From: Perna viridis
Lineage: Eukaryota
Length of the DNA: 64,000 nucleotides
Direction of reading: 5' to 3'
Assembly: GCA_037379345.1 (NCBI GenBank)
Contig: CM074511.1
Coordinates: 60,704,862 to 60,768,861 of the forward strand
Within the stretch, counting starts at the first letter, position 1. The number at the start of each line of letters is the position of its first letter. Positions 55,009 through 64,000 of this stretch are shown here, in pieces. The position numbers were made by a program, and so were the translations under genes. The notes beneath the pieces are model-generated. The model was not told where the DNA came from, searched no databases, and worked only from the letters and a program-made list of their open reading frames with translations.

Positions 55009-56892
55009 AAGACATCTCAAAGAAGACCAATGGAAGCATAGTGTTGAAAAATCTAAGATATGAATGTATATATTAGAAAAATAAACACGTTGCTAAAACA
55101 AATGTAGGTCATAAAATACATGCACTCATGTTGTTATGAATACGTGGGTAGTGGTTAGTATGGTCAATCGTCTCAACGTGGAAATGTCTGAATATATACA
55201 GGTACTTAAGTCGCCGATAGTCATACAGGCTGTCCAGCGAGAACACAGGTACTCAAGACGCGGATACAAGCTGTTAATATAACCGTAAGGGATCTATCAT
55301 GATATTTAAACAGTCAGTACCGGATAGTGATTAAAGAACCGATATCATTCTTAGTTGATGGTTAACAAATATGCGGACATTAGTTAAGGAGTTCGCACAA
55401 TCAATCATTCAATCTTTTTAAAAGATTACCAACCACGGCACAGTCAAATTTCTATTGCAATACATCACCTACACGGTTTTTGCATGGTTAAAGTTCTTAT
55501 ATTGGCTCTGGGATTAAAACAGTTTTAATTGTTACTGAGAACAGTGTTTCATGGTTCTAGTATATAACTGAGAACTGGTAGAGTCATTAGGATCCTGATG
55601 TATAATTTGCTCGTCCTTGTGCCAGAGATGAAAGTTACCTCTAGAAGCCTAATTTGTAACTGAAAACTTGTTATTCCACTAGTTTTGTCAGGTAAATCGA
55701 TTAGAGCTACAAAAAAGAAATACTTTTTGGAACGGTTTTATACAATTGAACCACCTACAATGTTTTGTCTGGTTTTAGGGTTACTCAACTCATCATGAAC
55801 TGAGAAACCCCGTCGATCGAGTTTAGCGAAGAAACTGGGCCAGGAACTGTTTATCCACTTGTCCGGACAACCACGGCACCTATTTGGCAACTTAAAATTG
55901 AAAACTTTACTGTAATTTAAAAACATAAAAATGTAATTAAATCCAGCTATATGGAAGAAGACTGAATTATTCTAAAAAAAAAATCGGTTTTACGATAGTC
56001 TTATCACCACATGAACAGTGACTGGTAAATTTGTATCTTTCTCATCCCTGACCCTACCAATTAATATGAACTATAAATAGCCGAGGTCAGTCATTTCGCT
56101 TGTCCTGAATGTGACACTAGCAATTGGGTTTTCGGTCTCTCCATAATTGGTCACAGTCTCGTAATTTTGTTTACAAACTTTGTTCAGTGAAGGGTGAATG
56201 TCATTATTTCAAGCTATCGCTTTTATAAACGCCCATTCTCTAATCCAGTTGATAAATTACTTCTTCTTTATGTACCTTAGACATATATAATGAAAGGCTT
56301 TGATATCATGGGAGGAACTACTTCTCGCCCTTCCGTCTCGTGATTCAGACGTAAATGCTTCTTGCATCTTCTTTGTATAGTCACCCACGCATATCTCACG
56401 GTTACGTATGTTATCTATAATATACAATATACACTCACTAAAAGAAGATTGTGATTTAGTATTGTTATTTATTACGTCTTTGGTTAGAGCTACGTAATTT
56501 ATACCTAAATTAGTTAGGCAAACGAAATCGGGGTTCTAAGACCTCCATTACGTATTTTTTTTAACTGTTTCTGTAAGTCTAGGTGGTATTCTTTTGAAGT
56601 CACTAATATTGTCGGCGACTTCTTGCACTCGTAATTTCAGTACTTTATATTCGCACATGATTTGCCTAATTATATACTACTACTCCATAGCTTCGTAGTT
56701 CTAGCTTCATACGAGAACAAAATTAGATCTTTTAAATATCATACACATGTTCTACGTGTGTGTTTTTGCTTGTACAAGACCTGGAAGTTTACATTAAAAG
56801 ATGACATGATCGTTTAGCATTGTACATTACCCAGTTTCAGATTCAGACACAGGGGCTCGTTACAATTTACTATATAGATCATATACATTATC

Positions 56893-57073
56893 AGATGATG
56901 ATGATTTTGAGGTTTCTAACGGCCTTGAATGCCAACGCAGGCCTCTCACGGTCAATGTTAGTGGTTATATTAGTGGCGTTGGTGGCGGAGCCCAGCCTTC
57001 GGGATACCTGACTGGGCTGCTGTGTTGACGCTCTGACCTACTCCCAGACCCCACATGGGTCCGAGAGCGCTTC
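56893..57073 (-). mobile_element. SINE-like copy A (left arm of fold-back), (ATC)n tail pointing outward
   Basis: Inverted homologue of 57167-57390; ends in AAACCTCAAAATCATCATCATC on the minus strand. Confidence 0.7.
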
Positions 57074-57166
57074 ATCATCAGGGCCCCGATAAAAATATAA
57101 ATAGCCAGTTGTTGAATCTGGTTCCTTACTCTACACGTTGACATACTCCCAAACAGTTAGAGTGGG

Positions 57167-57390
57167 GAAGCGCTCTCGGACCCATGTGGAGTCTGGGAGT
57201 AGGCCAGAGCGTCAACACAGCAGCCCTACCGGTAGTAAGACATACTCTGAGTTTTTCGGTCAGGTATCCCGAAGGCTGGGCTCCGGTACCTTCTACTTCT
57301 AACTGGCATTACTAACAGAATCCCCGTAAGGGGCGGTCGTGCGAGATCTGTAAGGATAGTCAAGACCGTAAAAACCCCCAATCATCATCT
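57167..57390 (+). mobile_element. SINE-like copy B (right arm of fold-back)
   Basis: Starts at GAAGCGCTCTCGGACCCATGTGG, contains a CTCCGG...AACTGGCA core-like segment and ends AAAAACCCCCAATCATCATC. Has a 32-nt segment (57227-57258) absent from copy A. Confidence 0.7.
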
Positions 57391-57601
57391 TGGTTCCCTG
57401 GTCAATACCAAAAGCGACCCAAAGATCGCTAAAATTTGAGAGAAACTTGTGGAACGAAAACATTACCTGCACTTCCTGATAACCAGTTAATTGTTTTGAT
57501 TGAAAAACATTGGGATCATAACGGTTACGAAATATTAATCATATCCAGGGAACCAAGATTATAGCGTAAGTCACCCGATTTTAGAGCATATCGCATTCGT
57601 G
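57387..57601. mobile_element. Inverted-repeat element ATCTTGGTTCCCTGG...CCAGGGAACCAAGAT
   Basis: 15-bp perfect inverted repeat (57387-57401/57545-57559). The adjacent 57568-57601 is the reverse-complement homologue of 14137-14170 (CACGAATGCGATAT...TCGGGTGACTT), so it is a dispersed family. Confidence 0.65.
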
Positions 57602-57729
57602 AAATTGGACGCTTTAATTAGACATGTGATTAAGTCTATACCTGTACGTATTGGTCCAGTCCAATGTCATCATCGCAATAACAAAACTTAATTGTCACCT
57701 TGCTGTTGTTCCAATTGTTGACTATATTG

Positions 57730-57871
57730 TAATTAACTGCAAATGCCACAATAGCGTATGCACAACAGGTTGTAATTAGCAGTTGATACTGGTCTCCGTA
57801 TCACGCGTGCCATATTCATGTAATTAACAGCATGACGCGGGCAGTTAACGGTGTCACCGCTAATTAGCAGC
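57730..57871. promoter_or_regulatory. Cluster of four TAATTARCWG motifs (candidate homeodomain-bound enhancer)
   Basis: TAATTAACTG at 57730, TAATTAGCAG at 57773, TAATTAACAG at 57821 and TAATTAGCAG at 57861, within a relatively GC-rich non-coding block. Confidence 0.3.
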
Positions 57872-60066
57872 ACTGATCATCGGCAGGAGTTGTATATTTG
57901 GAGGTCAGCTGTGCATCAGATTGACTGGACGAATAGTCCCGACGGGCAAATAACATTTTCTGCTCAATAAACGCTATCATAAATAGCAGATTATATCGAT
58001 GATCCGACCTCATAATGAGGAAAGGAGATTATAATTCATTATAACCCACATGTAGTAGCCGCTCATCATCTGTGTCCGCGGAAAGGAGACGCACGTGCAC
58101 CATTACGTCATATGTAGCATTAATACCACTTTTAACTATTTGAATGAAATAACTTTCCATGTGGAAGAGTTCTTCCTTTTCCCTTGAGTTAAAACAAGTT
58201 AAATTGTGGCAAACAGTTGTGTTAATTTAAATAATATACTAATAAATGTGTCAAATTAGGTAATCGCTAAGACGACATGATTGGAAATTTTGAAGTAACA
58301 TTGCCGGTTTAGCGACAAATGGTGAATTAACTCCAAAATTTTATATGTTTTATTAGGCCAGGAGTTGTTCATAGTATCGTAGACCCGGAATTAAATCAAT
58401 TCAAGGATTATGATAATACAGAAACTACAGATGAATCTTGCTGTTAGTCTGTTGATTTAGTATGGACAAGAAAACAACAGTGTACTACATGTAGTTAACA
58501 AAGGCTCCAATACTAATTTCAATGATATTTCTGATTTGGCTTCTACTGCATTGAATATTTCAAACCCTTGCTTATGCGTATTTTTTTCTCCAAATTAAGT
58601 CGGGCCTAGGTCATAACATCAGGACAATTCTAATCCCTGATCATTCTTAAACGGTCATGGGTGACAGAACAGTACAAAAGGTAGAGCTTATCTCAGTTGG
58701 TTCAATTAGGAACGCGGGGAATGTCTCTTGAAATCATCTTTACTAGGTTTTAAAAGAATGTACACCGCCTTCATTTCCAAATATTTGCCTGAAAATAAAT
58801 TTCCTTTTGCATTTTAACAAAATTATTTCTGCTCAAAGATTGGGTTTTTTATTACCACATCATATACAGACTAAGACAATGCCACAAAGAGAACATAATT
58901 TGTACTTATGTATTTTGTACACGCATACATAGTAGCTACGCCACTGTAAAAATATCTTCAAACATAAACAGTTAATGCCATTTATGTATAAAAATAAAGC
59001 AAAGGGCGTATATATATATGAATTTCGATTTGTCGATTTCTTTCGAAGTGGTGTTAACATACCAACAAGCCAGGGTTCGGAAACAAGAAAAAGCATACAT
59101 ATGTATTAGCAAACATAATAATTTTAAAGAAACCACGAAGACCCGACGTTGGAAAAAGGTGTATCGCATCAATAATGTGTAGCCAATAGATCACGTAAAT
59201 CTACAGTAACTTTACCCGATATCGAACAGCAAACACAGAACAACCGTTTTATGGTAATCGTGTAAAAATAATTATTCAATTCTATAGTATAAGAAGCGTT
59301 AAGATTGCCACAAAAAAAAATGTTGTCTACACTTGAAATGGTTGTTTTCTATCTTTATCATGCATAATACGTTGCGTAATATTACGTTTTCTTGCGCTAG
59401 GTTGATCAGCATGGGACAAGACAAGGCACCAGATTGCTCCTGAATCTGGATGATATTACAATATATCAAAAGAAAATAGAATCATGATTAGATAAATGTT
59501 ATGCAACTACGATTTCGACAGCTTACATTTCGATGCTGCTATATCTGGTAAAACACAATCATTACTATGCTAATATCGACAATAAATAAGCTACACATTG
59601 ACGTAACACACGTCCTAACCAAGAAATAAGACATTTCTTTATATCTGTTTCTTATTGGAGCATAATGTCTGTGTAGGCAACCAGATGGAAGACAGAATTC
59701 TACTGACCTACTAAAACATTCATGATGACCTAGTTACCCAAACACGTATTTTTTTAAGTGCGTTATCTCTCCACCTAAATACTAATCTTTGGAAAAATGT
59801 ATTTAAGTTCTGTCGTCTGTAGTTAATTATCTAATTACTTTACGGTCAATAAAATCAGGATAGAACAAACAGGTTTGGTTTAAATCTTGTCAGTCGTAAT
59901 GAAGCAAATCAGAAGCTCTTCTTAACCATTTCCTTTTTTATCGGCTCGCCCATCTAATATTGTCTGGAATACATCCCGGGTAGGGCGGGATTTGTAAAAA
60001 AAGTGGAATTATCCGATTGTTGTGTGATGAATAAAGTTCGGTAAGCGTGAAATGGTAGTTGTGAAC

Positions 60067-60079
60067 GTTTGTTTGTTTG

Positions 60080-60110
<31 letters not shown>
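60067..60110. repeat. (GTTT)n/(GTTTT)n simple repeat
   Basis: Directly visible. Confidence 0.85.
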
Positions 60111-62101
60111 GCTCTTGCGTGTGTGGAGCCTGGGATATTTTCGGAAACAGCAGGGCAAAAACCTATGTTTACGATCGTTTGAACTTTGAACTTTGAATGT
60201 ATACGTCATTTGATGTAACAAACAACCTGTTCAAATCTTTAAGCGGCCTGTTCTTAGAAAAAAGAACGCCCTGGGCAAATATTAATATTCCAGGTCTACT
60301 TGTCGCCCATTTCATTGTGCATTTAACTTAAGTAATTTTAGTTAGTTAGAAGGTAAAATAAATGTCTAATATCTATCCTATCCTTCAAGTCTAATATTGA
60401 CCAAATGTTACTGAAACTTGATGTCAAGCGAACAGCTGGTCAGGTCATGAAGTTGTTTTTACATGTATTATTACAATATTAGTTATCGATGATTTGTGTT
60501 TTACTGTAATATAAACACAGAACTTAGTGTTTCCAAAATAAAAAAAGCGCTTAAAACTTTATTACCAAAGAAAAATGATCTTTTTGGTTGCATGCACTAA
60601 AGTCACAACATTGACGTAGTGACGTAGTACATGTTTTACTGGTTTGACAGACGTCTAGATTTCCAAGGAACACCCACAACTCACATATTGACAGAAAAGC
60701 TTACAGATGCATTCACATATTCATTGATTCCAGAAGTACATATATCTTTTTTATAATAATTATAAGAAAAAACGTTATAATGGTAACAGTTTACTCGACT
60801 AAACAAAAGAAATTTTACAACACAAAATAAAGACACACAAAGCTTCAAGTAAGAGGCAATTCAGTCTTTTTTTTTCATACTGAAACATGAGATCACCGTG
60901 AGAAAGTAATCTGTTGAATAATTTGGTATATCCGTGATTGACCCATGCGTGGAAGTGCCAATGTGCTTGTTCAGACAGTAGATTCTTCACCGGTTAATTA
61001 CATTCCCCCAAAGGAAAGACAACCTCGTACTCATGTTAGAAAGGTGTAATATTAGATAACATTCCAAGTTGTCAAGCAGAACACCAGTTTGATGGATTTA
61101 ACTCATTTTAGGTGTGAATAAGTGTAAAAACGTTTCATTCATATAGTCATCATGCATGACTTGGTAACAGCCTTTGGAAAAACCACAAGATTTCTCACGT
61201 GGGAAGTTCTACCGAAAAACAAACAGGACAGTAAAAAGTTAAAGAAACTTATAAATAAGAAAAATGTTTATAGTTTTGGTAAATATGGTTTTCACATCTT
61301 TTTGTATTTATTGCCTAACTGAACTGGTTTTTGTTTGTTTGTTTGTTTTTTGTTTTTTGTTTTTGTGTTTTTCTCATCCAATAAAGTATATTTGATTTTT
61401 TTTGTATTACTTAACGATTTTTTTTCATGTAAATATCGTGAATATGGAAAGCTAATCCACAAAATGGGACGAGCCGGAAAGATTTTCTACCAACCTGATA
61501 AAAGTTCAAACAAAATATAAGAGGAAGTGCTTAAGTGTTTGATTTTAGCAACAAGGAAACTAAAACAACAACAAGTGTTATACTTTGACGAGAGGCTGTC
61601 TTAAATGTGTATAAAGCTCTGACCAGAGAAACTTCAGTTTTTGTGCACTAAAAGTACAATAGTAGTGGCATTCTTGATGGTATTAATTTATTTTTGGAAA
61701 CGTATCTATAATGGCTAATTCTCTATCTAAACATGACTTAGTCGTAAACCCATGTTGGACACTTTCTGTCAATAAATACGACCACAATAATTATAAGTAT
61801 GTAGAATTAACTTGTCCATACGAATATCTCTGGAATTCTAAATTTTTATGACGCATATTCATTCAACTGGGACAATATAAAGTTTAAATATAGACGTTTA
61901 TTTAAATCCCAAAACAAACTGAATTAATACTTAGTTATGATGTCGTAAAATATTAAGGTCAGAAAGTAACGATTGGTCAATAAAAGGTGACATTCTGGGA
62001 TTTCCAAAAATCTTTAAAAACTTATCTTAAAACGTCCCTATATACTATAGTGAGTAATCTTCTAACCAAAGACGTTTGCTACAATCAGAATTATTTCATA
62101 C

Positions 62102-62185
62102 ATATTCTGGGTCTATACCGTCATGGAGTACTTCGAGAGCTGTCTTAGCTGAGGTCGTTTCTAATAAAAGAAGTTCACGACCTTC
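62102..62185 (-). other. Candidate 84-nt internal exon
   Basis: gttgttacag|EGRELLLLETTSAKTALEVLHDGIDPEY|gtatga, phase 0/0, open; the other two frames are closed. Confidence 0.3.
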
Positions 62186-62861
62186 CTGTAACAACCTGTG
62201 TCAAACCAAACCTATCAAGTACATTTTGTATGTGTACTTTCTGCGCTCGGATTTGACTTAATGTGGTGACATTGGACTCATGAGACTATACCTCTCAGAA
62301 AATAACAAACGATAATTTAAAAAAAACCCTTTGCTATTGTAGAACTGACAAACTTGTGTATACACGGTTTCTGAGAACGTTACCATTTATTTACATTTTT
62401 CGTGATGAAAAGGAGGAAGTTGATAGAAAAGCTTCAAAACGTTTCATGTCCATCTGTTTCAATACTGATATCATCTTTCAAAACACTTGGTTCAAATTTC
62501 AAATACTATAATGATCAAATTTGAATTTTCAATAGTATTTAAGACCGTTTTTGGAATATCTAGAAATCTATATTTCCAAGAAGATGCACAACCATGCATT
62601 ATTTACTCTATTCTGATCGCTGCTTCTAAGCACATGCAGCATCATTAATTGTATATATACATGTAGTAAATAATTGCAGACAGAATAAACCGAATATACT
62701 ACTCGTAATATGTATAACCTTGGATTTTTTAAGTTATAAGATTTTTGCCATTTATCATAGCAATTAGCTGATATACTTTAAAATTACATGTTGCGCAAGG
62801 TAACATAACAACACTGTGGAACCTATAGCATTACTTTACGTATATCCAGTGTCGAAGAGTG

Positions 62862-62960
62862 CAGGGACCGGTTTCGCAAAGAATCTCAAATTGAAATTTT
62901 ACTCAATATATTTCTTGAAATTTAATATTTGAAGAAAACTCAAAGATGAAACCCTGTCCT
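62862..62960. mobile_element. Short degenerate MITE-like element
   Basis: CAGGGACCGGTTTCGCAAAG ... TGAAACCCTGTCCT imperfect termini around an AT-rich core. Confidence 0.35.
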
Positions 62961-63352
62961 AATAAAATAAGCAGGTGCCCCTATTAATACAACAAACTTT
63001 CGACATTTGTTACAAATTGCATTTATTACAGGTATCTACAATCAATCTAGGATAAGCATCCTCTGCTTTTCTAGGAACACAAACCGAGTTGCTCATAAAA
63101 AGTCAAGTCCGGAGTAGACGAAAGAGAAACTATGACGTTGAACAAACCAGTTTTCATGAACATACAATGCATGTTAGTACAATCATTGATGTGACCGCAT
63201 TCGCCACAAGGAAAATTTTCGACACCAGAAAAGAAAACAAAGATATCATATTGATTTCCGTGTTTTAATATTTCAAACTGTTTTCAGTATCAGTGCAATA
63301 AAAAGTCGTCCTAAAATAAACTTGTATTTTTAAATAGCAATATATATATTAC

Positions 63353-63505
63353 CATAACCCGGAAGATTTGATATTTCCTTTTTCTGAAGTGTTTTCCATG
63401 AAGTAGATGTAAATAAATCGATCCTAGTGTGAACTCTAATTTCTAAAAAGCCCCATGTACGTACAGAGGAATCAGGTCGACCACTTATACAGTATAATGC
63501 TGAAG
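63353..63505 (-). other. Candidate 153-nt symmetric (phase 1/1) exon with a WD40-like motif
   Basis: aacttatag|(A)SALYCISGRPDSSVRTWGFLEIRVHTRIDLFTSTSWKTLQKKEISNLPGY|gtaata. ISGxxDxxVRxW resembles the WD40 SGSxDxTVRxW motif. Confidence 0.25.
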
Positions 63506-64000
63506 CTATAAGTTTGTACTGATGTGAAAAAAAAAACTTCCAAGTACATGTCATATAACCATGCATGCTTTTAGTGTTAGTCGCTATTTTTCTGAAGCCA
63601 CCGAGCAAGCATATAGATCCGAGTAGCGTTTGTTATTATGTACACCTGCATGAGGTATTACCGAGTGCTACCATGACCCGTGTCAGGCTATGCGTTGAGA
63701 GAAATAAACACGACAGAAGAAAGCAAATGTAGCATGCACCCCAATGTGAAGAACATATCTAGTTAACTTCCATACACGTGTAAGCTAGTTATGACTTGAA
63801 AAACAAGTCTAAAAAGTAAGGTACTACAGATAACATAGCACTAAACACTTAAAAACTGGTGTTTTACATGTGTACCACTATATTTGTTATTGTACTACTG
63901 CTGATATTATTCATATGTACAACTATTTGCGAGTTATACTTGTGCATTAGTATTATACTTGTACATAGGTACTATTATTATTTTTATTACTGTAATATCA

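Noticed and set aside
57184-57262. Permuted twister ribozyme (TGTG-GAG...CAA-CACA-GC...CCGGT-AGT-AAG)
   Set aside because: The pseudoknot partners are not complementary (GTC would need GAC; AAGA instead of AAGC), P1 does not abut the cleavage site, and copy A lacks the segment.
60888-60910. bantam-like TGAGATCA
   Set aside because: Seed-level match only; no hairpin.
2326-61520. Short F/V/C-rich or K/N/T-rich ORFs (e.g. 2398, 21812, 32302, 44647, 54421, 60009, 61335)
   Set aside because: They are translations of poly-T/GTTT simple repeats.

Overview
AT-rich eukaryotic genomic DNA. It is most consistent with an invertebrate, probably a bivalve mollusc; this is inferred from my recollection of repeat types, not from a search. 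There is no intact long CDS, rRNA, functional tRNA or CRISPR array. The ORFs in the six-frame track are short and mostly explained by simple repeats, tandem arrays or chance. Well supported features: three minisatellite/satellite arrays (47/48-bp at 10.4-11.7 kb, 39/61-bp at 20.0-20.7 kb, 33-bp at 22.9-23.2 kb), two old local tandem duplications (12.6/13.0 kb and 14.2/14.5 kb), a dispersed element present twice in opposite orientation (13.4-14.05 kb and 39.0-39.4 kb), many palindromic/MITE-like elements, a tRNA-derived SINE (47.05 kb), and a head-to-head pair of SINE-like copies forming a near-perfect fold-back (56.9-57.4 kb). Weaker signals: scattered exon-like segments, mostly on the minus strand and often with stops or broken splice sites. 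The set at 26.9-29.8 kb reads like the decayed 3' end of a furin-cleaved type-I membrane protein gene. There is also a regularly spaced TAATTARCWG cluster at 57.7 kb and a strong AG|GT site at 28.15 kb. I cannot establish a novel biological system here; the candidates below are hypotheses with explicit tests.
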